From a virus (Duplodnaviria > Caudoviricetes): a stretch of 64,000 nt of DNA. Under the pieces are notes generated by a model that was not told the DNA's origin, made no database searches, and saw nothing but the letters and a program-made list of their open reading frames with translations. The stretch's first letter is position 1. Each line of letters opens with the position of its first letter. The position numbers were made by a program, and so were the translations under genes. Positions 16,392-26,648 of this stretch are shown piece after piece. The stretch lies in IMG/VR virus record IMGVR_UViG_3300034073_003276; one strand, 5' to 3'.

Positions 16392-17609
16392 CTATTTAAG
16401 TCCCAAATATGCAGAAGAAACACTGTTAGGATCTATAATATATCCACTACCAGCAACCGCTCTTCCAGCAGTTCCTTTAGAACTGCCGTAAGTAGGACCA
16501 CCACCTGAACCAATATTTGGAGCAACGGAAGCATTACCGTCAGTTCCTTTAACACCATTTTCACCATCAGTACCATCTTGACCCCAATTTCCACCATCCC
16601 CACTCTTACCACTATTTCCTCCAGTTCCTGCGTTAGTTCCACCAGCAAAACCACTTACACGTATACCGAAACTTTTATTTTGCCCGTAACCTTGCCCTAA
16701 ACCACCTGCTTGTGCAGATCCTCCATTACCACCACTAGTAAAATAAGTATTCGAGCCTGTAGCACTAAATCTACAGTTACTTACTCTAGCTTTACCTTGT
16801 GCTTCAATGCTCCAACAAGTAGGACGACTATCTCCACAAGTTGTAGGATACTGATTGAGGGTTTTATAACAATTACTATCCCACCAATAATTGGGACCAA
16901 TTCTTTTACAGGCTTGATCGCATTGTTGATAATATGCACCACTCAATCCAGTTTGTTCACCTGTATCAGCACTATATCCATAGTAAGTATAGTATTCAAT
17001 ATAATATCCACCTCCACCTCGTCCACCACTACCGCTATTACCACCTCCACCACCTCCACCATATACTTTTGATGAGGACCCAATAGTCTTTACAATAACT
17101 GTTCCAGTATTATTTGTATTAATACTGAGGGCATTTCCACCATTTCCACCTCCAGATGCTCCTCCTGTACCTAGTATAGAACCACTAATATTCAGAATTA
17201 CATTATAAACGGCAGAAGCAATTAAACTGGCAGCAGCATTTCCATTAGATGATGCCGAAGTACCTGCAAGATTAACCCTTTTTACAATATTTTTCCCTAA
17301 ATTACTATTCCATAAACTAGAAGAGGCAATGTCTAGGTTAAGATCAGTATCTCCAGACCCTTGATTTAAATCGTAATATTTGATAGAATTTCTAAATTGG
17401 GATAATTTAAGGTTTTGTGATGTTGCTATATTTGCATTTTCAGTGGCATCAGGGACAATGGGATTGGTATTAGTTAAATCAGTAACTCTTAAAAGTTCCG
17501 AAGCACTTACTGCACTAGAAGAAGTCTCTTTAAAATTAGATCTTAATTGACTAAATGAAATTGATCCACTAGAAAAATATGGACCTACTTTACTTACTGT
17601 GAGAGACAT
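16392..17609 (-). CDS. glycine-rich tail fibre tip / adhesin-like protein
   Basis: GGGGGGNSGSGGRGGGG and other Gly-rich motifs flanking a Cys/Tyr-rich insert; follows a fibre gene. Confidence 0.6.
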   Translation of the reverse strand: MSLTVSKVGPYFSSGSISFSQLRSNFKETSSSAVSASELLRVTDLTNTNPIVPDATENANIATSQNLKLSQFRNSIKYYDLNQGSGDTDLNLDIASSSLWNSNLGKNIVKRVNLAGTSASSNGNAAASLIASAVYNVILNISGSILGTGGASGGGNGGNALSINTNNTGTVIVKTIGSSSKVYGGGGGGGNSGSGGRGGGGYYIEYYTYYGYSADTGEQTGLSGAYYQQCDQACKRIGPNYWWDSNCYKTLNQYPTTCGDSRPTCWSIEAQGKARVSNCRFSATGSNTYFTSGGNGGSAQAGGLGQGYGQNKSFGIRVSGFAGGTNAGTGGNSGKSGDGGNWGQDGTDGENGVKGTDGNASVAPNIGSGGGPTYGSSKGTAGRAVAGSGYIIDPNSVSSAYLGLK

Positions 17610-17610
17610 A

Positions 17611-19863
17611 TTAGAATAAGTTTAATGTGGTAGACCCAACTCCGAGAACTGTAAAAACTATTCTATCTGGAGATGATAAAACTTCAATTTGTACAGATGG
17701 ATTTGATGAATCGGAACTATTAAATGACGCACTCACAGTTGTAGCGGTTATCACTCCAGAATTTATTGCAATCAAATCATCAACATAAATTTTATTCGTC
17801 GCTATTGAATTTTTAACTGTTAATCCAATTATATCATCACCATAACTTTCAGGTACCGTAGTTCCAACACCAACTATAGTACCTAAACCAACAAAAGTTG
17901 CACCATTAAAGTCTACATTGTTATTAACATTTAGTGAAACTAATGTAGTGATTCCAGACGTGGTGTATAAATTAGATCCAGAAATTACATCTGGATAATC
18001 AATGTTTCCACTGATATTACCATCGACTGTTAAATTAGAATTAATATAAACATTTCCCGTAACTGTTACGCCACCACCGACAGATAATTTTTGCGATGGT
18101 GTAATATCATTAATTCCAAGATTTCCATCATAAGTCAGAGTCATTGTCTCTGAGTTTGTCTGTCCATAAACCCACTTAAAGTTACCAGTGCTTCCTGCAC
18201 CAGTTCCTCCATGAATAATAGTCTTAATATCACCAACATCATTATTGATAATATCTAATACGCCATCAGAATTCCCGAATCTCAATACAGAACTACTGTT
18301 ACCAACGCCTACAGATTGACCAATACTAATTCTTGCCTGCCCACTATCAGAAACAACCTCTACAAGAGAACCAGATGCTTTTCTTACTTGAATATCTGAT
18401 GTTGGATTTGTGGTTCCTACGCCAATATTACCAGAAATATAAGTATTTCCAATTACATCAAGTTTATTATTTGGTAATGTGCTACCAATTCCGACTTTGC
18501 GATCATTATTACCACCTTGAATTATTACATTGGAAAAACCAGAAAGGATATTGAGTGGTTTAGACCAAGAAATTATATAATTCCCATTTAATACAGGTTC
18601 ATAAGAAAATATAAAACCACTAAAAAACCCATTTCCTTCTGTTGAATTAGATATTTGAAAAGAAGAATTATAAAGACACAAACTATGCCCACTTGTATCA
18701 GTGGTTCCTATTCCAACACTGCCGTCTGCATTAACAACAAAAGGAGTTGCATCGGGATTAGTGGAATCTTCAACAACCAAAGCATTACCAGAACCAGTTT
18801 GAGTGATTCTTAATGCATCGGAAGTGCTGTTGACCGATATTGTTGATACTCCAGAGACATTCAGAGTTCCATTGACATCAAGTTTTGCTGTTGGAATTGT
18901 GGATCCAATACCAGTATTACCAGAAATATAAGTATTCCCAATTACATCAAGTTTTGCTGTTGGATTTGCGGTTCCAATACCAATATCAATATTGGATGAA
19001 GTTGCTAAAAGTGAACTAGTAATTGCTACTACCCTTCTTTCACTTGGAGCAATAAAGAAAGATCTTCCAGAAATTGATTGTGAATCATCAAGATCAACTG
19101 AAGAGGAATTAAAAGGAAAATAGTGTAAGAGTCCTTTTACAGAATTTTCTGCCTCAAAAAATTTTCCTTGAAATGCTATTGTTGGTTGGGTATATCCATC
19201 AATTGTAATTCCTTGTCTTAAAGAACTATCAGGACCACTTACTACTAAACTAGTGTAAAACAAAGAATATCTTGAACCACCAGGATTTGTGGTTCCTATT
19301 CCAATTCTTCCGTCCCTATTTACAACAAAAGGACTCGAATCTGGGTTAGTAGAATCTTCAACAATTATAGCATTACCAGTTCCAGTTTGAGTGATTCTTA
19401 ATGCATCAGAAGTGCTGTTGACCGATATTGTTGATACACCAGAGACATTTAGAGTTCCATTGACATCAAGTGCCGCTCTTGGAATTGTGGTTCCTATTCC
19501 AACATTAGATGTTGTTGAAATAAACCCTGAGTCTACATACCATCCATCTACTGCAATAGCGTAAATTCCAGTTAATCCAGAAGCACTTCCTGAGAATGAT
19601 GTTGCTGTAACTATACCAGAAACATTAATATCTGATGCAGTAAGAAATCCTACTGTAGAAATACCAGTAGTTACAGAATTTACTGTATATAAATTATTTG
19701 CTGTAACTAATCCTGTAACTCTTGTATCACCATAGACATTCAAAATATAATCTCTAGGAATAGTCGTACCAATTCCAACCAAACCATTTGAGTTTACAAT
19801 GAAATTATCATTATCAACTTGTACACCATTCCTAAAGTTAAAAGACTTATTAAAATTTGCCAT
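17611..19863 (-). CDS. tail fibre protein
   Basis: multiple (V/I)GIGTT.P repeats, internal duplication, beta-rich composition. Confidence 0.75.
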   Translation of the reverse strand: MANFNKSFNFRNGVQVDNDNFIVNSNGLVGIGTTIPRDYILNVYGDTRVTGLVTANNLYTVNSVTTGISTVGFLTASDINVSGIVTATSFSGSASGLTGIYAIAVDGWYVDSGFISTTSNVGIGTTIPRAALDVNGTLNVSGVSTISVNSTSDALRITQTGTGNAIIVEDSTNPDSSPFVVNRDGRIGIGTTNPGGSRYSLFYTSLVVSGPDSSLRQGITIDGYTQPTIAFQGKFFEAENSVKGLLHYFPFNSSSVDLDDSQSISGRSFFIAPSERRVVAITSSLLATSSNIDIGIGTANPTAKLDVIGNTYISGNTGIGSTIPTAKLDVNGTLNVSGVSTISVNSTSDALRITQTGSGNALVVEDSTNPDATPFVVNADGSVGIGTTDTSGHSLCLYNSSFQISNSTEGNGFFSGFIFSYEPVLNGNYIISWSKPLNILSGFSNVIIQGGNNDRKVGIGSTLPNNKLDVIGNTYISGNIGVGTTNPTSDIQVRKASGSLVEVVSDSGQARISIGQSVGVGNSSSVLRFGNSDGVLDIINNDVGDIKTIIHGGTGAGSTGNFKWVYGQTNSETMTLTYDGNLGINDITPSQKLSVGGGVTVTGNVYINSNLTVDGNISGNIDYPDVISGSNLYTTSGITTLVSLNVNNNVDFNGATFVGLGTIVGVGTTVPESYGDDIIGLTVKNSIATNKIYVDDLIAINSGVITATTVSASFNSSDSSNPSVQIEVLSSPDRIVFTVLGVGSTTLNLF
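18794..19470. repeat. near-identical direct repeat of about 90 bp within the fibre gene (~18794-18881 and ~19382-19470)
   Basis: both encode LDVNGTLNVSGVSTISVNSTSDALRITQTG. Confidence 0.85.
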
Positions 19864-19880
19864 CTTTTATGGTTTTAAAG

Positions 19881-22800
19881 TTATTTATCTTGCAGTTTTT
19901 GCTCAAGTGATTCGACTTTACTTGAGATTTCTTTAATTGCCTCTACAAGCAATGGAACAACTTTGTGGTAATCAACTGCAAGGTATCCATTATCTCTTGT
20001 TGTGACTGCTTCTGGAAGAACTTTCTCAATCTCTTGTGCAATCAAACCAACATCATGTCCTGACTTGTTGGAATTATCATTCCAATCAAATGTATTACCA
20101 CTGATTGAGAGAACCTTGGCAAGAGGATCATCAATAGGAGTAATGTTGTCCTTCAGTCTTTCGTCAGAAGACCAGAATGCGGTGATGTCATCGGTTACAC
20201 TCAGAATACCAGTGATGGTGGTATTTGTCTGAATCGCAACTAGATTTCCTGCGACTGCTGATAGTTTGAGATCACCAGTTAATGTATCAATGGTATTATC
20301 ATCTGTTACTGCTACTTGTATATTGCCAAAACTACCAGCAGAAGAAACAAGAGTTGATGCGGATGCAATAATAATATCTCCATTAACATTGATGTCTCCA
20401 CCAACATTGAGAGTCTTTGCTATTCCAACACCACCGTCAACAACTAATGCTCCAGTGGAAGTACTAGTTGATTCTGTGACTGCTCCAATACTCAATGTAT
20501 TACCATCAAATGTTAAGTTACTATCATCTTCAAGAGCACCACCACTTCCCACAACAACGACCCGATTGTCTGTCAATGGAGTTATTATGTCTGCATCAAA
20601 AGTTGCATTTCCAGTGACATTTAGTAACCCACCAACATTCAAGTTCTCTCCAACACCAACACCACCTTTGACAGTTAAAGCACCTTTTGTTGCAGAATCT
20701 GAAGTTGTTGTGTTTGTAACTCTTACTTGACCACTAAAGGTTGAGGTATCTTTACTTCTGATTTGTTTGTTGAAAGTAACTGGACCGTCAAACTGAGAAA
20801 GAACTGTGCCAGAATCTCCACCTTCAACAAGTAGTCTTTCCTTAACAGTGACTTCATCGTAAACAACACTTGACTTAGAAGGATCTTCACCTGTAACAGT
20901 TGGTCTTGGAATATCATAAGATGTAACTTCACCAGAAGAAGATGAAGTCTTGGTATTTCCAGTGAAGAAGTCTCCACTATTGCTCATACCAGTATAAACA
21001 ACAATACCACCTGATCTTTCTTGAGATTGGACTAAGAAATCTTCTCTTTCTGTGAGAGACTTAACTTGAACTTGAGGAAGACCAGTTGAATAGTTACCTG
21101 GACCATAACCAAGATACTCAAATGTATGACCAGAAGCGCGAAGAATAGATGGTCTGCGGAATTCAACTGCGATTGGATTAATCTTACGAATCAGAGATCC
21201 AGCATCGTGTGCTTCCTTTCTTGTTCCGAGAGCACCACGAATAACATCAAACTGAGTATTATTGTTTGATGTTGTAATTCTCATAATCTCATTATCAACC
21301 TGAATGTAAGATCCTAATGAGAATCTTGCAGCAGTGCCAATACCAGAGTTGATAGAAGAAATGACTAATGTAGTTGCCCCAGCATCATCTGTAATTGCAG
21401 TCGAGAGACTAGTAATTTCACTATCATAGAATGGGACTTGGCGAATTCCAAAGTTTTCTTCTCTAATGTCTGAAATTGCTTCATTTGCTGAGAAACCGTG
21501 CTTCAGAATATATCCATTTGTAGCACTCAGAGACTGATTAGTAACAGCAGTGAATGTAGTAACACCTACTCTTTCAGCAACAACATAGTCTCCAAGATTA
21601 TTATTAGAAGAGTTGATGACTCTAAACTTATTACCCTTTAACAATCCGTGAGGAGTTGCAGTTGTAAAGGTTGTAATTCCAGTTGCAGAAACATATGGAC
21701 TAGAATCAATTTTAGATGATGATCCTACAACAAAGGCATATTGCCCTGCGATTGGTGTCGGGTCTCCAGCAGTTTTAGCAACTGAAATTTGTGTTTCTGA
21801 ATCGACTGCACTAATTCTATAATATCCATCAGATGTAGTGCCAATACCAGTAACTTGAACTACATCACCAATGCTTGTAGAGATTCCTGCTGTTGCAAGT
21901 GTATATCTTGCATTGCCATCTCCCGCACCAATTCTTGTATTGTCAAAGTAAAGTGCTTCACTATCAGTATAATAAGAACCACCTGAAATAATATCAACAG
22001 ATGTAACCACACCTCCAGTTACAACAACTTTTGCAGTCGCACCTTTCCAAGTGCCTGTACCGGGATCAGCGGCAGTATTCAGAAGTTTTACATCATAGTA
22101 GGTGCCATTATTATATGAAGCGCCACCAGTAATTGCACCAGTAGCAATGCTACCAAGACCATGCCTTCTATCAAAACTTAAAGATGCACTTGATGTTGTT
22201 GAAGAAACTGTTTGAATTGTTTGCCCAATTCTTAAAGTAGTTGATAATTTATCAATAGTTTCTCTTGTAATACTCTTCTTAAGATCACTTGTATTTGTAT
22301 CTCCAATAGGAGCACGGAGAGCAAATGTCTTCGCTGAAGGTGGGTTTGCATCAGCATTATCTCTATCTAATTGAGGATAAAGATCTACTGGACTTTGTGA
22401 ATATTCAAGATTTGTAAACTCTTCTGTAATCGCATTACTTGCATTTAAAACATACAAGTGGTAAATTCCATCTTGTGCTCCTTCAACATAAGGAGAAATA
22501 ACTTCATTACGATAAACATAAAGATTTGATTTCCAATCGTTTCTTTCAAAACGAGGAAGATCTCTTACTTGGTCTGCTGTCGTTCTTGAATTAATATCGT
22601 TAGTGCTTGATGCTCCTGGTGTATGAACTCTTCCATTTACATCGGTTGTTGAATATGTGAATGACATATCATTCACAATTGATGCTACAGCAAACTTACC
22701 ATTATATCCTCTATCATACAGACCACTTGGATTACTGCTGTCAGTCACATTACGAATAACTACCAAGTCTCCCGTATTCAATCCGTGAGGAAGTGAAGTT

Positions 22801-25355
22801 AATACGGTAACTGTTGTGGATGCTAATGTGCAAGTTGTAATGAATCTAGGATTTTTATCATATTCAAAGTCAGTGCTAGCAATACTTGTACGAGTAAAGT
22901 CTCCTGCTCTTGCACCTGTTGTGCTAGACTCTTGAAGAATAAAACCATCTTCAGGATCTTTTGCACCAGTTAATTCTTTTGGAATAACGACTCTTAACTT
23001 ATAAACTTTTTCGTCTAAACTTCTATCATCAATAATTCTCTTTACATAAGTTAAGTCTGTAGTTTCACTGAGACCAGCAACACCAAGAGTATCGATTTCA
23101 TTATAGATATCATTTCCAGAATTGACTGTAATATACCAGTTACCAGCAGCAGTATCAAATTGAATTGGAGATCCAATGTCTCCTGCAGATTTATCAGAGA
23201 CTCTACTATAAACCTTGAGTTGCTCTCCACCATAAATTGTTAGTGCTTCATTGTTTAGAGCGTTCGTAAATGAAGTTGCTAACTTAATTTGATTTGCAGA
23301 TAATCCAGAAGTAACTGCATATCCAACTATATGTGGAGTTACATTTTCTGGTAGGTCTCCAGTTTCACTATTGATGATGATCTTTTCACCATCTTTAAGA
23401 GTATGATTACTTGTGAAAGTAAGAATAGATGAAGAAACACTAGATACATCATAAACTTTATATGCACTCGTTACACCATCCTGCATGTAAATGTTTGCAG
23501 AATATTCAGTGTTATCGATCGAAAGATATAATTTATCGTTATGACGAGCACCAATTCTATGTCCCTGAGTCACACTTACAGGAAGACTATCTGATGCATT
23601 TAATCCGTAAAGGTATAATTTATTTCCAGTTGGATTAAAAGTTACATTAGTCGTTAATCCAACATCAATCGACAACCATTCAATATCTTCTTCGGTTGTA
23701 GAATCAATATTTCTTGGAGCAATGATAGATGTGATAAAGGCATTATCGTCTTTGTTAAATGCCTCTGCTTTAAATCCATCAGAGTTAAGAGATATCTGAC
23801 CAAAGTTTGAGTTGGAGTTTGTAATTGAAGCATCACCACCAGACTCAATATCAAAGTGCTTATTAAATCCGATTGCGAATACAGATACTACCTGAATAAA
23901 GGAATCATTAGAAACTTTAATGTGACTTGATTCCCAATCTTTTCTGTAAATTGCGTCAGGATCTAAGTGATAAACTTTTGTTGTATCTGTTTGTGAAGAT
24001 CCTGTAGGAAGATCTGCACCGTAAACAGTCGTATAATTTACACCATTATAAGATCTTGAGGTTGGGTCATATTTTACGAATGCTCTATCATCTTTCTGTA
24101 GGGACACAGCGGTAAACTGTGCAACAACCATTGAGCGGAAACCTGATGACTTTCTACCATCAGCGTGCATTCCATTCATACCCCATACTGATCTTAATGA
24201 GCAGTTGAAGATGTAAGGAGACGCTCCAGATACGGTGTCAGTCTCTACAGTTACCGTTGCTCCAGTCGCTGTTGGAGTTGGATCCAAAGTAATTGGGAAA
24301 GACTCAAGTAAGTATGTAAATTGTGTTGCACTTAAGACATTTTGAACTTTTGTAGAAATATTATAAGTTGGAGAAGCAACACCTCTAATTTTAATTGGTG
24401 TGCCAGCATTTAAGTTATGATCTTCAGTAGTTGTGACTGTAACTAATGTGCTTGCTGTAGTGCCGTTTCCAGAAATAACTGTCTGTATATCAATCGGATC
24501 TGAAGCAAATGCTCCAACAATCTGCCACTCTGGATCCATTTTTGCAAAGTCTTCATCACTTGCAGGAAACTTTGCATCTGCAGGAATTGGACGATATGAG
24601 TTAAATGCATTCGAAAGTTTGCTATAATACATATCAAGGTCTGTGAGACCGTAAGTGCCAACTTCGTTGACACCATCAGCATATTCAAAACAAGTTAGTT
24701 TATGGTGAGAGAATCTTGGAATTGATTGATAACCACTTGTAAAAAATGATGGGTGAGTATAAACAAGACCAGACTCATCAGCATCAAAGAATGAAAACTG
24801 CCAGAAATAACACGCTCCAGTAACTCTGAATATTGCAGATTTTCCTACTAATGGGTCAGTAGGATTAGGAACATACTTTGGTCTGACTTTTGTTTTTCTT
24901 AAGTCAAGACCGACAATGGAGGTGCCTCTAGGTACAACAACACCACCATTGACACTATTGAACTTATAAAGAATATTATCATCTTGTGTAAGATCAAAGT
25001 TAGAATCTAATTCTAATGATAATGTTGAAAGTGCAGGAGTTCCTACACCACCAGTTGGAGGAACAGCATATGCAGTGTCGCTATTATCGTAAATAGAAAA
25101 TCCAGGTCTGTTGTCGATTAAATGCTCACCAGGAAAAACAAGAATCGTTGTCTTTTCTACTAAATCATTATCTTTCCCATTCACAAAAGAGAATCTTGCT
25201 GCTTCTAAAAGTGCTCTCTGAATCGTTTTAAAAGGTTGTGCAAGGGAATTGCCAGTATTAGTAATCGAATCTGTAGCGTCTAAATCGTTTGGATTTACAT
25301 ACAGCGTGCGCCCATCAGTATTTTTGATGAAGTTGCTTAACTTATTCAGAGGCAT
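19881..25355 (-). CDS. large virion structural / tail fibre protein with C-terminal intramolecular chaperone (peptidase S74)
   Basis: N-terminus LYVNPND.DATD...G....PFKTIQRAL; C-terminus SDERLKDNI...G..FDW...GLIAQEIE. Confidence 0.8.
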   Translation of the reverse strand: MPLNKLSNFIKNTDGRTLYVNPNDLDATDSITNTGNSLAQPFKTIQRALLEAARFSFVNGKDNDLVEKTTILVFPGEHLIDNRPGFSIYDNSDTAYAVPPTGGVGTPALSTLSLELDSNFDLTQDDNILYKFNSVNGGVVVPRGTSIVGLDLRKTKVRPKYVPNPTDPLVGKSAIFRVTGACYFWQFSFFDADESGLVYTHPSFFTSGYQSIPRFSHHKLTCFEYADGVNEVGTYGLTDLDMYYSKLSNAFNSYRPIPADAKFPASDEDFAKMDPEWQIVGAFASDPIDIQTVISGNGTTASTLVTVTTTEDHNLNAGTPIKIRGVASPTYNISTKVQNVLSATQFTYLLESFPITLDPTPTATGATVTVETDTVSGASPYIFNCSLRSVWGMNGMHADGRKSSGFRSMVVAQFTAVSLQKDDRAFVKYDPTSRSYNGVNYTTVYGADLPTGSSQTDTTKVYHLDPDAIYRKDWESSHIKVSNDSFIQVVSVFAIGFNKHFDIESGGDASITNSNSNFGQISLNSDGFKAEAFNKDDNAFITSIIAPRNIDSTTEEDIEWLSIDVGLTTNVTFNPTGNKLYLYGLNASDSLPVSVTQGHRIGARHNDKLYLSIDNTEYSANIYMQDGVTSAYKVYDVSSVSSSILTFTSNHTLKDGEKIIINSETGDLPENVTPHIVGYAVTSGLSANQIKLATSFTNALNNEALTIYGGEQLKVYSRVSDKSAGDIGSPIQFDTAAGNWYITVNSGNDIYNEIDTLGVAGLSETTDLTYVKRIIDDRSLDEKVYKLRVVIPKELTGAKDPEDGFILQESSTTGARAGDFTRTSIASTDFEYDKNPRFITTCTLASTTVTVLTSLPHGLNTGDLVVIRNVTDSSNPSGLYDRGYNGKFAVASIVNDMSFTYSTTDVNGRVHTPGASSTNDINSRTTADQVRDLPRFERNDWKSNLYVYRNEVISPYVEGAQDGIYHLYVLNASNAITEEFTNLEYSQSPVDLYPQLDRDNADANPPSAKTFALRAPIGDTNTSDLKKSITRETIDKLSTTLRIGQTIQTVSSTTSSASLSFDRRHGLGSIATGAITGGASYNNGTYYDVKLLNTAADPGTGTWKGATAKVVVTGGVVTSVDIISGGSYYTDSEALYFDNTRIGAGDGNARYTLATAGISTSIGDVVQVTGIGTTSDGYYRISAVDSETQISVAKTAGDPTPIAGQYAFVVGSSSKIDSSPYVSATGITTFTTATPHGLLKGNKFRVINSSNNNLGDYVVAERVGVTTFTAVTNQSLSATNGYILKHGFSANEAISDIREENFGIRQVPFYDSEITSLSTAITDDAGATTLVISSINSGIGTAARFSLGSYIQVDNEIMRITTSNNNTQFDVIRGALGTRKEAHDAGSLIRKINPIAVEFRRPSILRASGHTFEYLGYGPGNYSTGLPQVQVKSLTEREDFLVQSQERSGGIVVYTGMSNSGDFFTGNTKTSSSSGEVTSYDIPRPTVTGEDPSKSSVVYDEVTVKERLLVEGGDSGTVLSQFDGPVTFNKQIRSKDTSTFSGQVRVTNTTTSDSATKGALTVKGGVGVGENLNVGGLLNVTGNATFDADIITPLTDNRVVVVGSGGALEDDSNLTFDGNTLSIGAVTESTSTSTGALVVDGGVGIAKTLNVGGDINVNGDIIIASASTLVSSAGSFGNIQVAVTDDNTIDTLTGDLKLSAVAGNLVAIQTNTTITGILSVTDDITAFWSSDERLKDNITPIDDPLAKVLSISGNTFDWNDNSNKSGHDVGLIAQEIEKVLPEAVTTRDNGYLAVDYHKVVPLLVEAIKEISSKVESLEQKLQDK

Positions 25356-25390
25356 CGTATTATGACTTCTAAGATATTGCTATCTTTTAT

Positions 25391-25693
25391 TTATGAAGTC
25401 AAATCCTCTCCACATTCAAACTCAAAGTCGTCTGGAAGGTCTTCTGGATTTTCCAATTCAACTGGAAAAAAACAAGGATGAACTTCTTCATCTATCAAAT
25501 AAAATGAGTTTTTATATAAATCTTCTGGTTCAAATGTGCGATTTTTGTCCGCTTCCCTACAAAGATCTTGATCGTATAAATGACCATCTGGAAGTTCGTC
25601 GAATGTAAATGGAATATGATTAATAAAATACATTTTTACAATCATACTTCCATCTAGATACCAACAATATGCTTGGTCGATACGATAAGACAT
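25391..25693 (-). CDS. conserved cyanophage-type hypothetical protein
   Basis: 100 aa acidic ORF; TAAATA upstream. Confidence 0.7.
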   Translation of the reverse strand: MSYRIDQAYCWYLDGSMIVKMYFINHIPFTFDELPDGHLYDQDLCREADKNRTFEPEDLYKNSFYLIDEEVHPCFFPVELENPEDLPDDFEFECGEDLTS

Positions 25694-25727
25694 AGGACTT
25701 ACTCCCGTATCTTATATTTATTTTTAA

Positions 25728-25801
25728 TACCCGCAGTCGGATTCGAACCGACACTGGAGGAGTTTTAAGCTCCCTATCTCTGCCTGTTGGATTATGCGGG
25801 C
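25728..25801 (-). tRNA. trnL: tRNA-Leu(TAA)
   Basis: acceptor GCCCGCA/TGCGGGT, anticodon arm GGGAG-CT TAA AA-CTCCT, T-arm GTCGG TTCGAAT CCGAC; short variable loop; no encoded CCA. Confidence 0.85.
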
Positions 25802-25805
25802 AAGG

Positions 25806-25879
25806 TGCAGGTTGTGGGGATCGAACCCACCTTAGGCGAATTATGAGTTCGCTGCTTTCAACCAGAGAGCTAAACCTGC
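25806..25879 (-). tRNA. tRNA with CAT anticodon (elongator Met or Ile2)
   Basis: acceptor GCAGGTT/AACCTGC, GCGAA-CT CAT AA-TTCGC, GTGGG TTCGATC CCCAC; G1-C72 pair argues against fMet. Confidence 0.85.
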
Positions 25880-26301
25880 TCGTTTAGGAATTCTTCCCAA
25901 CTATCACCATAGTGTAACATATGATGGCAGTTATGGCAAAGAAGGTCGCATTTATCAACTTCTTCCTTAACAGAATTCCATTTTCTATTAGCAAAAGTTC
26001 TCCCATCAAGATTAAACGATTTTTCTGATGGGTCTCTATGATGAAAACATAGAGTTGCTGGTCTACTTTCGCCACAAGTTTGACACTTACTACCTTTGTA
26101 TTGAAGTGCTTTCCATTTATTGGAATAACCTCTTGCTTTTTGTTCGGTATAAGTGTTCCTATCTTTAATTACAGGATCGTTTTCATATCTCCATTTTGCT
26201 CTACAAGATTCACTACACCATTTTTTTAGTCGCCCTTTCGTCATTCTCTCATTTAGAATGTCGCATCCGCAACTCTGACAGGTAGTGATAGTAGTATACA
26301 T
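25870..26301 (-). CDS. HNH homing endonuclease with N-terminal Zn finger
   Basis: CQSCG...CSESCR; CQTCG...LCFHH.DP..K...CDLLCHNCH; TATAAATA 26337-26330 inside a small hairpin. Confidence 0.8.
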   Translation of the reverse strand: MYTTITTCQSCGCDILNERMTKGRLKKWCSESCRAKWRYENDPVIKDRNTYTEQKARGYSNKWKALQYKGSKCQTCGESRPATLCFHHRDPSEKSFNLDGRTFANRKWNSVKEEVDKCDLLCHNCHHMLHYGDSWEEFLNEQV

Positions 26302-26353
26302 TATGGTGTTATGAAGTTATACATATACCTATTTATAAAATGATATATGTAAG

Positions 26354-26441
26354 TAGAAGTGGGTGGATTCGAACCACCTCAAAGCCGCTAATCTGGCGGA
26401 AAGAGTTTATAAGACTCCTCTGACTACCAAGTCTCACTTCC
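26354..26441 (-). tRNA. atypical tRNA-Ile(TAT) with long variable arm
   Basis: acceptor GGAAGTG/CACTTCT, GGAGT-CT TAT AA-ACTCT, variable stem CCGC/GCGG, T-arm GGTGG TTCGAAT CCACC; reduced D-arm. Confidence 0.65.
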
Positions 26442-26452
26442 CAGATGATGAA

Positions 26453-26626
26453 TTATGATGCCTCGTTATTACACTCAGTGTGTATTCGTATGAGGTCATC
26501 ATCCGCAGGCAACATAACTGCTGCCTTTCCATTCTCATCCACAATTCCTATATGCTCTCCCATTTCTACTCTCTCCATCAATTCATCAAATCTTTCCTGA
26601 AACTCTTCTACTGTGAAAATTTCCAT
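26453..26626 (-). CDS. Phd/YefM antitoxin-like small protein (57 aa), not in the ORF track
   Basis: MEIFTVEEFQERFDELMERVEMGEHIGIVDENGKAAVMLPAD matches the Phd N-terminal pattern; GAGG RBS. Confidence 0.6.
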   Translation of the reverse strand: MEIFTVEEFQERFDELMERVEMGEHIGIVDENGKAAVMLPADDDLIRIHTECNNEAS

Positions 26627-26648
26627 TCTTTCCTTTGAGGATACTTAT

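Noticed and set aside
20002-24688. Several short ORFs overlapping the 1824 aa fibre gene
   Set aside because: They are alternate-frame or antisense by-products of a low-complexity Thr/Ser/Gly-rich gene, with no supporting RBS or motifs.
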